A stretch of 64,000 bases of DNA, taken from NCBI GenBank assembly GCA_951406725.2, contig OX597814.1, positions 194,494,001 through 194,558,000 on the forward strand, written 5' to 3'. Made by a program: the position numbers and the translations under genes. The DNA is from Octopus vulgaris (Eukaryota). Shown piece after piece: positions 12,726 through 27,067 of this stretch. Each line of letters begins with the position of its first letter. Within the stretch, counting starts at the first letter, position 1. A model generated the notes under the pieces. That model was not told the DNA's origin, did no database searches, and saw only the letters and a program-made list of their open reading frames with translations.

Positions 12726-13629
12726 TTATTAAAAGTGCCATAAACACATTAAAATTTTTATAACCCTTTTGATACCAACCTGTTTGAGGCTATCTTTGGT
12801 TCTATTGTACAAACTTCCTATTTTACAGTGATTTAAATTAAAAGCTTCAGTCAAAATTTCATGCTAATTTATGCTCCAAACACCAGCTTAATAATGATAA
12901 TGTATTTTATTAAATTCTTTATTATTTTCAAAATTACTTGAAACAAAGTCAGTGTATTTCAACAGAAACATGGCAAAGAAAAGGCTAAGGTTTAATTTTG
13001 GTTTCTTCAATTCTTGAGCTGCAAAAGGTTGATTATCTGTTAATATCTCGCATGGAGCAAGATCGTAAGTTGGAAGAACCGTTAGCACACAGGGCAAAAC
13101 GCTTAACAATATTTCATCTGTCTTTAGCATATTGAGTTCAAATGCTGCTGAGGTCAACTTTGCCTTTCATCTTTTGGGGTTTATAAATTAAGTACCAGTT
13201 GAGCAATGGGGTTGATGTAATAAACTTATCCCTTCACTCGAACTTGCTGGCCTTGTGCCAAAATTTGAATCCAATATCTCACTACAGCACCCACTACACT
13301 CACGGAGTGGTTGGCGTTAGGAAGGGCATCCAGCTGTAGAAACATTGCCAGATTAGACTGGAGCCTGGTGCAGCCTTCTGGCTTCCCAGAACCCCGGTCG
13401 AACCGTCCAACCCATGCTAGCATGGAGAACGGACGTTAAACGACGATGATGATGATGATGATCTCACACAGGTAGGTGCAGGTGTTGATGTGTGGTTAAG
13501 AAGCTTGCTTCCTGACCATTTGGTCTTTGGTTCAATCCCACTGCATAGCTCCTTGAGCAAGTGTCTTCTACTATAGCCCCAGGTCAAATAAAGTCTTGTG
13601 AGTGGATTTGGTACATGGAAACTGAAAGA

Positions 13630-14050
13630 TAGGGTGGCAAGCTGGCAGAAACATTAGCGCGCTGAGCGAAATGCTTATCGGTATTTCGTCTGCGTTACGT
13701 TGTGAGTTCAAATTCTGCCGAGGTCGACTTTGCCTTTCATCCTTTCGGGGTCGATAAATTAAGTACCAGTTACGAACTGGGGTCGATGTAATCGACTTAA
13801 TACCTATGTCTGTCCTTGTTTGTTCCCTCTGTGTTTAGCCCCTTGTGGGTAATAAAGAAATAGGTATTTCGTCTGCCGTTATGTTCTGAGTTCAAATTCC
13901 GCCGAGGTCGACTTTGCCTTTCATCCTTTCAGGGTCGATAAATTAAGTACCAGTTATGCACTGGGGTCGATGTAATCGATTTAATCCCTTTGTCTGTCCT
14001 TGTTTGTCCCTTCTATGTTTAGCCCCTTGTGGGTAGTAAAGAAACAGGAA
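13630..14050 (+). mobile_element. SINE-like family D with about 175-bp internal tandem duplication
   Basis: GGCRAGCTGGCAGAAACGTTAGC head, then repeated GAGTTCAAATTCCGCCGAGGTCGACTTTGCCTTTCATCC...; copies at 23900-24495, 28875-29090, 30930-31160, 35500-35812. Confidence 0.8.
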
Positions 14051-14445
14051 ACTGAAAGAAGCCATTGTGTATGTATGTATATATGTGTGCGAGCGTGTAC
14101 CCTTGTCTTGACTTCATGTAATGGTCATAAAGGAGCATTATCATCAACATGCAAGTGAGGTTGTTCATATCCAGTTTTCTGTAAAAAAAAAAAAAACGTC
14201 TGCTCCAAGGAAAATATTACTTTGGTTGGAAATAGGTGAGTTGTTGACAGGAAGAGCATCCAGCTGTAGGAAATGTGCATCAACAAGTTCTGTCTGCTTC
14301 ATGCAAGCATGGAAAATTGGATGTAGAATGATGATAATGATTGATGATGGATGATTGATGATGGTTGATGATGATGATTGATGATGATTATGTTGATGAC
14401 GATGATGACAGTGACAATGACGAATATCAGTTGCCATGGTTATTT

Positions 14446-14648
14446 TCATACAATCACTCCAGAAGCGCCAGAAATATCTGACGTAATGAATGATTCAAGA
14501 CTCCCACTTCGGTAAGTGAGAATGCGTTGTTCAATCAAAGTCTTCCAGGTGTACTTCTGTTCAATATTAGGTGCTCGGAACATCAATTTCTTTAAGGAAG
14601 CCAAAGATTTATCCGAAGAACACATTACATGAAGAAGGAAGTCTGTAG
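14446..14648 (-). CDS. PH domain end and C-terminus (last coding exon)
   Basis: Strong polypyrimidine tract plus cag; ATDFLLHV...[24 protein letters not shown]...[11 protein letters not shown]; PH C-terminal helix A....K..W. Confidence 0.92.
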
Positions 14649-16694
14649 CTGAAGGGAAAGAGAAAGAAAAGTTGAAGGAATTGATATGAAAAATGTAAAT
14701 TCAAAACAGGAAACAGAAAGCGTACAATAATATTGATTTCTATATTTGTTTTGCAAGATTTTTGATGTGAAATCGTGTGTTGAAACAGATATTGTTGTAT
14801 TTAGGAATGGTCATTTTGCCAGTTTAACCAATAAAGAACTCTGGCCGAAATAAGATTAAGATTAATGTAAAAAATAAATAACGCTGAAGCAAAGTAATAC
14901 CAAATATATAGTGCGTGTGTTTTTATTGGCTAAACTAACAAAATGACCATTCCTAAATACAATATTGATTTCAAATTTTGACACAAGTCCAGCAATTTTA
15001 AAGATAAGCACCATTTGAGCGTGATCGATACCAGTGCCGCCTGACTGGCTCCTGTGCTGGCGGCACAGAAAAAGTATCATTTGAGCATGGTTGATGCCAG
15101 TACTGCCTAACTGGCCCTCATGCTAGTGGAATGTAAAAAGCACCCACTACACTCTCAGAGTGGTTGGCATTACGAAGGGCATCCAGCTGTAGAAACTCTG
15201 CCAGATCAGATTGGAGTCTGGTACAGCCATCTGGTTCGCCAGCCCTCAGTCAAACCGTCCAACCCATGCTAGCATGGAAAGCAAAAATTAAATAATGATG
15301 ATGATAATGATATCAAATCCAGTGATAAATGTTAAGGCAAACAGACAGACAAAATGCTGCTTAACATTTTGTCAGGCATGCTAAAAATTCTCCCAGGCTG
15401 CTGCCCTAGAAAAACATAGAATAATAATTAAACAGTTGCTAGTAGCTTGATCCTCAAATGCTGGGTCTCCATGGAGGTGAGGACAAGTGAACGAGACCTT
15501 TGGTGTGATATGCTGTGCTCGAAAAGACTTTTCGAGCCAAGTGAAATCATAGTCTTAGCTGTTGCCAGTGTCATGTAAATGACACCTGTGCCAGTGGCAG
15601 CTGCTGCTGCTACTACAACTACCACCACCACTACTACTACCACCACCACCACCACCACCACCACCACCACCACCACCACCACTACTACTACTACTAATAA
15701 TAATAATAGTAATAGTAACAAATGCCCTGATGCAGTATCTGGCAGTGGCTCTCATGGCTTCTGATCTTAACTGATTGGAAGTGTTATCATGTACATTGTT
15801 TTGTCTTGGTATAAAAGATGGGCTACAGCAAATATTCTACTCAATACCACAGATTTGCTTGTCAGTTGTTTGACCATAACCAGCTGAGCATGTCCCTTAG
15901 TGGCTGACGATATGGGCATCTCTGATCACGAGCAGAAGTAGTGGGGGAGTATCATAGCCATGTGTTGAAAGGAATTCTTTCAGATAATTCACCTTTGGAA
16001 ACATGGGTGGTTCGTTCAACATCCTTAAACAATCCTTTATTCAGGGACCTTTTGAGCAGGATGGACTACTCGACCTGAAGAAAATTCTAACTGGGCCCCG
16101 CCTGCAAGGTCATGTGCTGTTTATCTTGATATGAGATCACCATGTCGCGCACATATGATTGTATGTGTATCCTTATCAGACGGGTAGTCATGATGGGTAT
16201 ACTGGGCTTCGTATATTTTACCCCAGAGTCACTTTGATAGCATGCATTGCTCTGTCACTCAATAATAATAAAATAATAATAATTAAGATCTTTATTTAAA
16301 ATCTGGTTCACTCACCATGCTTTCTCTGAGATTCAATTCCTTGCAAAGAATACAACATGAGTGGACTCTCCACAACTGTCAGTCTGCCATCAGTAGATTT
16401 CTCAGTTTGTAAGAGGAGATCAGAAAATAACATCAACTGTAACTGCAAGACATAAAAAAATCATTCGAAACAAACCATATAAAAAACAAAACATATAAAC
16501 AAAAACAATCCAGTTATGAATGAACAGATAGGTGCAGGAATGGCTGTGTGGTAAGTAGCTTACTTATGAACCACATTGTTCCGGGTTCAGTCTAACTGCA
16601 TGGCACCTTGGGCAAGTGTCTTCTACTATAGCCTCGGGCCAACCAAAGCTTGTGAGTGGATTTGGTAGACGGAAACTGAAAGAAGCCCGTCGTA

Positions 16695-16763
<69 letters not shown>

Positions 16764-19700
16764 GTATATTATATATATATGTATATATGTATAATATATA
16801 TATATTATATGTATGTATGTCTGTGTTTGTCCCCCCAACATAGCTTGACAACCGATGCTGTTGTATTTACGTCCCCGTAACTTACCGGTTCGGCAAGAGA
16901 GACCGATAGAATAAGCACTAGGCTTACAAAGAATAAATCCTGGGGTCGATTTGCTTGACTAAAGGCAGTGCTCCAGCATGGCCACAGTCAAATGACTGAA
17001 ACAAGTAAAAGGAAAAAATGAGATAAGGTTCAGCAGTTCATTCATTATTTAATTCATGGGGCTGTATTTTAACCCTTTGAACCCTGACCTCCAGAAGCCT
17101 ATTTGACCACATACCTGGCTTCCTGATGCACTCCACTGGTAGAGCTGTGCTATGGTATAGAGAAAAATAAGCCATCTTCCGGTAAACTGGTGTTACAAGC
17201 TCAAAGGGTTAATTTAAGTGGGATAACTTGCCATTTTGGGCATTGTATATTATATAGTAAAAGGAATGGTTGTGTGGTGGAGAAGCTCACTTTGCAACCA
17301 TGATGTTTGGGTTCAGTCCCAGCTGCACAGTACCTTGGGTAAGTGCCTTGTACTATAGCCCCAGGCCAACCAAAGTCATGTGAGTAAAATTAGGGACTGA
17401 TAGAATAAGTACTAAGCTAGGGACCAACAGAATAAGTACTAGGCTTACAAAGAATAAGTGCTGGGGTCAATTTGCTTGACTAAAGGCAGTGCTCCAGCAT
17501 GGCCACAGTCACATGACTGAAACAAGTAAAAGAGTAAAAGAGACAGGAACTGTATGAAAGCCCACTTTCATTCTCTCTCCATTTGCATGTCATTTACCCA
17601 TCATTTAATAACCATTGTTGGTTCATTTACATCCCTGTAACTTATGTACCAGACTTTTAAAAAAATGTACAGGGGTTGATTTGTGCAGCTAAACCCTTCA
17701 AGGCAGTGGCCCCAACAAGGACACAATCCAATAACAGGTAAGATAAAAAAAGATTACATGTCCAAACTCACCTTGTTCCAAACATCTCCATCCCACCTGA
17801 AAATCTCACCAGAATAAATGAGATGTCTTTCTTCCTGACACAACTGGAAATACTACAAAGAAAGAATAAATACCATATATTAACCCTTTAGCATTTAGTT
17901 TACTCTTTCAAGTGTAATGCTTATTTATTCACATTGTCTTGAATTAAGCAGGCATTCTCACATAGCTTTTAAGATTGAGATGCACCGTAAATCCTCGAGT
18001 ATAGTCCACCCTTGAGTATAATATGCAAGGAATTTTTAGGAGGCTGTACTTCTGAAAAACCTAAATGTGTATAATACGCACCTTTTCTCGAACTTGAGTC
18101 ATGCGTAATTAAGCCAGCAGCACCCAGTCGAACAAACACTTCCGTGCATGTGTAATACAATAATGGTGATGTTCTTAACTGTTATATGGGAATGTAAATA
18201 TGTTTGCAAATTGTTTTTGTTACATGTTATTCTGTGTTCTGAATACTTTTATTTTCATAAATGTTGCTTACTGCAAGTTATGGATGATTCTTTTATTACT
18301 TCATTGCTTTCAGGCTTAGCTTGCCAGACATCACAAAATACGTCTGAATAAACATTGCCGGACAGCAAATAGAGACTCGGACATTGCTTACAAAATATTT
18401 TTCATTTTTAACCTCGTATATAGTACGCACTAGGGATTTTGACCTTTAAATTTTGGGGGTAAAATGTAGATTATACTCAAGAATTTACGGTAAGTGTTTT
18501 TAGAATGATATTGTAGGGTAGGTATGAGAGGCTGAATCTGACTAGTGTTGATATAAAAGGGTAGAATATTTGAACCAAATATGGCTGGTTTAAATGCTAA
18601 AGGGTTAATGATGTCATTCCAGCATGGCTACAGCTAACTTGGAAGATGGAACTACTAAAAGACTGATTATCTTTTATAGATAAATATATATGTATGTGGC
18701 CATTGGCAGCCTCCTCTGGATCCTGTGCCAGTGACACATAAATAGCACCCACTACATTCACGGAGTGGTTGGTGTTAGGAAGGGCATCCAGCTGTAGAAA
18801 CCTTGCCAGATCAGGTTGGACCCTGGTGCAGCCTACTGGCTTCCCAGACCCCGGTTGAACCGTCCAACTCATGCTATCATGGAAAGCGGACATTAAACAA
18901 TGATGATGATGATGATGATTCACACCACCACATTCAGTAAACAGTTTTGTAGAGTGAAATGCAACGTACTCAACAAGATTAAATAAAAAAATCCATCATA
19001 TGTCTATTTATGTAATTAATGCTGAAATACTACACTGTACTATCTTTCAAAAAAAAAAAAATGAAGACACTTTAGATGTTGTGGTCTTAGATAAATTGTC
19101 CCACCAATAAAGGAGTTTGTCACAGATGAAATAATGTTTGTGTCACAAAAAAAAAAAAGACACTCTGTACAGTGGTCAGCATAAGAAAGAGCATCCAGCC
19201 TTAGAAACCTTGCCAAAAGAGATACTGGAAACCAATGTAGCTCACAGGTTGTTCGGATCCTGCCAACTGTCTAACCCATGCCAGCATGGAATACGGGAAT
19301 GTTAAATGATGATGTTGATGATGTGCACGCACACACACACACCATCATCATTTAACATCCATTGTCCATGCTGGCAGGAGTTGGACAGTTTGACTGGGCT
19401 GGCACACCGGATCGCTGCATCAGACTCCAGTCTGATTTGGCATGGTTTTTTACAGCCGGATGCCCTTCCTAACGTTAACCACTCTGAGAGTGTAACAGGT
19501 GCTTTTACGTGCCACCGACATGGGTGCCATTTGCATGACACAGGGGTGTTTTTACGTGCCAATCTGCGTGACACAGGTATCTGCCACAACTTTCTTCGGT
19601 TTGATGGGGCTTCTTCTCAAGCACGATATAACACCAAAGGTCTCAGTCATTGCCTCTGTGAGGCCCAACACTTGAAAGGAACTCAGCCACTTTGCCTCTG

Positions 19701-22275
19701 TCAGGTCCAACACAAAGTATTAATTTCTTACATAGCTATAATGTCGCCTGTTTTTAAAAAAGTTAACGGAAAGTTATATTAGGATCTTCATGTCTTTCTT
19801 AAAGTTATTATACTGATGGAAGCACTCTGTCGGTTACGACGATGAGGGTTCCGGTTGATCCGATCAACGGAACAGCCTGCTCGTAAAATTAACGTGTAAG
19901 TGGCTGAGCACTCCACAGACACGTGTACCCTTAACGTAGTTCTCGGGGATATTCAGCGTGACACAGAGAGTGACAAGGCCAGCCCTTTGAAATACAGGTA
20001 CAACAGAAACAGGAAGTAAGAGTGAGAGAAAGTTGTGGTGAAAGCGCACAGAAGGGATCACCACCATCCCTGCCGGAGCCTCGTGGAGCTTTAGGTGTTT
20101 TCGCTCAATAAACACTCACAACACCCGGTCTGGGAATCGAAACCGCGATCCTATGACCGCGAGTCCACTGCCCTAACCACTGGGCCATTGCGCCTCCTAT
20201 TATACTGATGCACTTCAGATAAAAACAAAAACATGGAATTAAAACCAAATAACAAATTCAGCCACTGAGGCTAACTTTTAACCTTTAACCCTCTCCTGCT
20301 CCAAATGTTGAGAGTTTTTAAAAACGAAAATAAAAATTCGGAAACTAACTTACTGGAACAGTGCTTGGGAAATACAATTTTTTCTGAATACTTGACAGTT
20401 GCGAATCTACAGAATGACCAGAATCTTCGGAACAGTTTGACGAAGTTTGTCCAAGATTTGACTTGGATGGTTTGAGATTCCGTATGTACGATATTGATGC
20501 CTGCTCTTTCTTCACACAGACGGTATTTGAAACCTGCAATTTCCCTTCGTAATGGAAGTCTCTTGAAACGCTCACTGCACACACTGAAGATTTGAGTCTC
20601 TCGGAAGGATTGCCATCGAAGACTGCAGAGGAAACTCCCGAGTGACTTGAATTGGTGTAAGAACTTAGGGAACTGTTAGACATTGATGATGAATGTGATG
20701 ACGATGATGATGATGATGCCAGCTTCTGAGCCCTGATACAGGTGTAATTGGTGATGTAAGTCGCACAGAGTTGGAGACCTAAGACGGAAATAAACCAAGA
20801 AGATGAACCTCAGATTAGTGTAAAACATATAACAGTAATTTTCAGTCAAACAAGATTTTATCTTTGACTAGCAGTATCGCCCGGCGTTGCTCGGGTTTGT
20901 TTCGACCCTTTAGAATAGGAATTTTTGAAAAGTAAAACTTTTGCATTATGTAGCTTGTTATTCTCTTTAAGTGAACATTTTTCTGGTTGAAATACACCGA
21001 AAAATGGCGACACAGCAGTCAAAAAATCGTAAAAAATAGGGATTTTCATAGAAAAAAGCACCTTTTTGATGTAAATAATTTTTGGTGTTAACATGGTCCG
21101 ATTTTGAATTTTTTTCTTCTACAGAAGGAAGAGCAAGCCTTCTTCTATCATACTCTCAATTTTAGTCAACTTGCGCTGCAGGGTCTCGGAGGAGATAGTG
21201 TTAGTTGAAGACTACCAAACCTGCCATACACAGACAACTTCAGCTTTATATAGAGAGAGATATTTTTACTTGTTTCAGTCATTAGACTGTAGCCATGCAG
21301 GGGCACAACCTTGAATGATTTTCAGTCAAATTTTCTTTTTAAGCCTTATTCTATCAATCTCTTTTATTGGACTGCAAAGTTACAGGGATGTAAACACACC
21401 AACACTGATTGTCAAGCAGTGATGGGGGGCAAACAGACACACACAAACACACAAATAGGCTTCTTTCAGCTTTTGTCTAACAAATCCACTCACAAGGCAT
21501 TGATCGACCCAAGGCTTATAACAGAAGCTATTTGCCCAAGGTGCCACACAATGGAACTGAACCTGGAACTAAGTGGCTTGAGAAGCAAGCTTTTTACCAC
21601 ATAGACATGCCTAAAAAATTTTTTTAAAAAAGCAGACATCTTTTGCAAGAAAGTATTACTTGGTAACAAGTACCATACTAATTGCTTTAGGTGCTTCTGT
21701 AGCCATGAGAAGACACAGGCACCCTCTTGTCCCTTCCAGCTTGGACTCAGCAGAATAGCCAGGATGTTACAACTGGAAGGAAGAGGGGACAGCACCAGCA
21801 CTTGGCTGGTACTAACTTCCACCGAATGGATTGATCTAAGGTGAAATTAAATTTCTGGCTCAAAAACATAACATGCTGCTTGTTCTAGGAATTGAACTCA
21901 TAATCTCATGATTGAGGGCCTAACACTCTAACCACTAGGCCATGTCTGTATTTCTAATATGTGTTAGATTGTTGATCTATTCATGCAGAAAAGATGAAAA
22001 AATGTAAGAAGGGGAAATATTGACATGCTTCGTTATTTAGTAAGGGCTTTTATTGCTAACGAACGTCATATGGGGACAAAATTAGGTTTGCTGATAATTA
22101 AACGAATGACATTCATTATATGCAACCGTAGGAGTGGCTGTGTGGTAAGTAGCTTGCTAACCGGGTTCAGTCCCACTGCGTGGCATCTTGGGCAAGTGTC
22201 TTCTGCTATAGTCCCAGGCCGACCAATGCCTTGTGAGTGGATTTGGTAGACGGAAACTGAAAGAAGCCTGTTGTA

Positions 22276-22306
<31 letters not shown>

Positions 22307-25300
22307 GTATGCGTATGTGTGTTTGTGTTTATTCCCCTAGCATTGCTTGACAACCGATGCTGGTGTGTTTACGTCCCCATCACTTAGCGGTTCGGCAAAA
22401 AGAGACCAATAGAATAAGTACTGGGCTTACAAAGAATAAGTCCCGGGGTCGATTTGCTCGACTAAAGGCGGTGCTCCAGCATGGCCGCAGTCAAATGACT
22501 GAAACAAGTAAAAGAGTAAAAGAGTAAAGAGTAGCAATATTGGTTTAAAATAGCCATCTGTGTATCTTACTTAATGTTGATACATCGCAAAAGGCAAATT
22601 AACAGCAGTATTTGTAGTCGTGGCTGTGCTGGTGGCACGTAAAAGCACCCACTACACTCTCAGAGAAGTTGGTGCTAGGAAGGGCATCCAGCCGTAGAAA
22701 CCTTGCCAGATCAGATTGGAGCCTGGTGCAGCCTCCTGGCTTGCCAGTCCCCAGTCTAACTGTCCAACCCATGCCAGCATGGAAAGCAGTCATTAAACAT
22801 TGATGATGATGATACTCATCTGGAGATACTCTCTCTTTACTCTTTTACTTGTTTCAGTCATTGACTGTGGCCATGCTGGAGCACCACCTTTAGTCGAGCA
22901 AATCGACCCCATGACTTATTCTTTGTAAGCCTGGTACTTATTCTGTCAGTCTCTTTTACCGAACCGCTAAGTTACGGGGATGTAAACACACCAGCATTGG
23001 TTGTCAAGCGATGTTGGGAGAACAAACACAGACAAACATATACACACATACATATATATGATGGGCTTCTTTCAGTTTCCGTCTACCAAATCCACTCACA
23101 AGGCTTTGGTCGGCCTGGAGGCTATAGAGGAAGACATTTGCCCAAGGTGTCACGCAGTGGGACTGAACCCGGAACCATGTGGTTGGTAAGCAAGCTACTT
23201 ACCACACAGCCACTCCTACGCCTATAGATAATATCTCTTATGGATGTGCTGTGTTTAAAAATACAAAGCTACATCAGTAGCAGACAAAAACTGTCCAGTG
23301 GTGGTGGTAAGAATGCTGGATGCACATGTCTGCCTCACTGGGTTTCTTCAGTGGTATGCTAAGACAAAATCTGTTGCTACTGATAGAGGGAAACTGTGAC
23401 TGAAAATCATTATACCAGGCTGTGTGGTAAGAAGCTTGCTTCCCAATCACATGGATCCAGGTTCAGTCCCACTGCATAGCACCTTGGGCAAGCATCTACT
23501 ACTATAGCTTCAGGCTGACCAAACCCTTGTGAGTGCATTTGGTACGCGGAAACTGAAAGAAACCCTTGACATATACGTGTCTTTGTATCTGTGTTTGTTC
23601 CCCGCCCACTGCTTGATAACCAGTGCTGGTGTGTTTACATCCTTGTAACTTAGCAGTTCGACAAAACAGACTGATAGATTAAGTACCAGACTTAACACAA
23701 TAAGTACCGGAGTCAATTTGTGCTGCTCCAGCATGGCCACCTTCTAATGACTGAAACAAGTAATAGACAATAATATTTATGGTGGCAGACTGCAGCAGAT
23801 GAGAATGTGAAGGAATTAAAACTGTACTGAATGAATCTTAAAAAGACAAACACAGATTTAGTATAAATCAGGAATTTTCTGATGGCAGATGTGGAAGTAG
23901 ATGTTCTGAGTTCAAATTCCGCCAAGGTCGACTTTGCCTTTCATCCTTTCGGGGTCGATAAATTAAGTACCTATTTCTTTACTACCCACAAGGGGCTAAA
24001 CACAGAGAGGACAAACAAGGACAGACAAACAGATTAACTCGATTATATCGACCCCAGTGCATAACTGGTACTTAATTTATCGACCCGAAAGGATGAAAGG
24101 CAAAGTCAACCTCAGTGGAATTTGAACTCGGAACGTAACGGCAGACGAAATACCTATTTCTTTACTACCCACAAGGGGCTAAACACAGAGAGGACAAACA
24201 AGGACAGACAAACAGATTAAGTCGATTATATCGACCCCAGTGCGTAACTGGTACTTAGTTAATCGACCCCGAAAGGATGAAAGGCTATGTCGACCTTGGT
24301 GGAGTTTGAACTCTGAACGTAGCGGCAGACGAAATACCGCTAAGCACTTCGCCCAGCGTGCTAACGTTTCTGCCAGCTCGACGCCTTAAATTAAGTACCA
24401 GTTACACACTGGGGTCGATATAATCGACTTACTCTGTTTGTCTGTCCTTGTTTGTCCCCTCTGTGTGTAGCCCCTTGTGGGCAGTAAAGAAATAAGATGT
24501 GGAAATAGATAGAGAAGCTGCCAAAATTCCAGTATGATGAATATTTCCCTAAGTCAATCAATGAATCAAGTACAGTAGGGTGTGATTTGAGAGAAATTTG
24601 GCAGCTATTTCCAGGAGGTCTTATGGCCATTAAAAGCTACCCTCTTTAATTTGTATTGCTAAAAGTAAGAAACAAGAGTAATGGAAGAATTGAACTCGAT
24701 GGCTATTTCTGACATATTTAACCATCAACAAAATGGTAAAAACAGGGCCCATGATTGAACTTACCCTCGACAACTAGTTTCAGGTTCAAGTAGTCGGAAT
24801 CCTCTTGTGGGGTGTTGCAAAATATCTCCCTAAGAGTTTGGTACATCTCTTTGACATGCTGCAATATGAAAGTAGAAAGTCCCGTGGTGAATAGGTTTTT
24901 AACCCTTTCGTTACTAATCCGGCCGTAGCCGGCCGAAAAATTTTTTAGTTCAAAGTACCAACCCAGCCATACCCAGCCGTTAGAACCCATTGTTATTTAA
25001 ATGTAAATTTGAACCCAAATCTCGTTGGTACATTCGTTAAAGCATGTGATTTCACATTGTAAATAGTTGAGTTATAGTATCCGACATTGCTTGAAGTGAT
25101 ATCTCAACTCAGTGAATTTGGGAGATTTTTTTCCACATGTTTTTCGGCATCGATTTTTCTTCAACTTTGAAAATGGATAGGAGTTTCATGTTATCAAGCA
25201 TTGATTCCGAATTTAAAGCTTTGTCAACGGAAAATAGGGAGATATCGAGAAAAAGAATGAAATAGGTACTAAAGCACGTGGTGTACAAAATAATATTTTT

Positions 25301-26657
25301 TTATCCGAAAATGAAAGCAGCGCCTTCCGAAGAAACAAAGCGGCGAAGGCGACAGCGAAGATGATTTTACATCGGAATGAAGTAAAAAAACTTTTAAAAT
25401 GTTTTTATTAGCAATTTTTCTGAGGAGATAAAGTTTATCTATAGCCTTTCTTAGGAAGTGAAATCATTAGACTTTTATTTTCTTCAGTATGCTAGTTTGA
25501 AGCGATCACTTCGGAAACAAACTTACGCAGATTGTAAACAAACCCAAAATCGGGGTTCAAAGTTTGGGAAATTTGTGAAGCAAATACTGGGTACTGTTGT
25601 GGATTTAGTTTTTATACAGGGAAACTAATGTTAGTCAGCATGGCTTAGGGTACGATGTGGTCTGGAAGTTATTGTTTGAAGCGATCAATGTGGAAACACA
25701 CTTACGCAAATTGTAAATAAACCTAAAATCGGGGTTCAAAGTTTGGGAAATTTGTGAAGCAAATACTGGGTACTGCGTGGATTTAGTTTTTATACAGGGA
25801 AAATAATGTTAGTCAGCATGGCCTAGGGAACGATGTGGTCTGGAATTTATCACTTCCATTCCATAACCAGGGCCGTATATTATTTTTTGACCGATTTCTT
25901 TAGTTCGGTCAAACTTACGGTGGATTCCAATATTTCAGTTTATTCCACCTATATGGTACACCTGTTGTGCATTAAATTCAACTGATGATCTAGTGATGTG
26001 CACAATTCTTCTTTATCATAATTTTGTTGCATACCCATTTGAATATTAGCTGATGATTCATTTTCTATAGTGATGTTTAAACAAAATTTTAATTTTTTAC
26101 CTTTTGCTCAATTTAAAATTTTTATATTTTTACCTTTTGCTCAATTTACCTGGATTTACCTGTAATTAAAGTCACTTTGAGACAAAAGTTATGCAACAGA
26201 ATTGATTAAGAACCCTTCCTTTAATTATGTTCCAAATATCACATTAAAATGTTGATAAGTAAAAAAGTTACAGTTATTTAATGAAACAAGCCTAAATTCA
26301 TGATTATTTTAGAATTTAATTGAAACTCATGAGGGGTGTATTTTGGTCAGAAATATAGTAACGAAAGGGTTAAATACACACAGACACACACAAACACTTG
26401 TATATGTACCTCACTTAAAAATTAAGAATACCCTAGGGATCCAATAAGAAGAAATAACATACCTGAGAAGGACGGGTGATAAATGCACTGATACTGGTCT
26501 GCTTCACAGCTGAGACACACTCCTAGAAAAAAGAAAAAATTAAAATAATAACAACAACAATAATAATAATAATAATAACAATCCTTTCTACTAAAGGATA
26601 ATGATGGTGGTTGTAATAGTAGTAGTAGTAGTGGTGGTGGTGGTGGTAGTAGTAGTG

Positions 26658-26711
<54 letters not shown>

Positions 26712-27030
26712 AAAATAAAAGAAATGGAGAAACTTTCAAAATACAAAGACCTGGAAATAGAGGGAACTCGAATGTGGAGTCTAAAAACAAACGATTCCTA
26801 TAATAGTAGGCACATTAGGTATGATAAAATATTCAGACAAAAGCATAAAAACACTATGACCAACAAATATATAACATATACAAAATAGCACTACTAGGCA
26901 CAGCACACATCCTACATAAAACACTCTCAATACAGTAACAACAAGAGCATCACAGCACATACTCAAGATACACAGAGCTGTGTTCAGTAGTGCAGTGAAA
27001 GCGCATGATAAAAATAAGACTACGGAATGT

Positions 27031-27067
<37 letters not shown>

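Noticed and set aside
3453-14446. Direct cis-splicing of the GEF gene onto the RGS exons
   Set aside because: The genes are on opposite strands and the GEF exon has its own stop; no minus-strand RGS exons were seen in this interval
15428-15764. Poly-Val/Thr/Gly ORFs (also 26422-26888)
   Set aside because: Trinucleotide microsatellites
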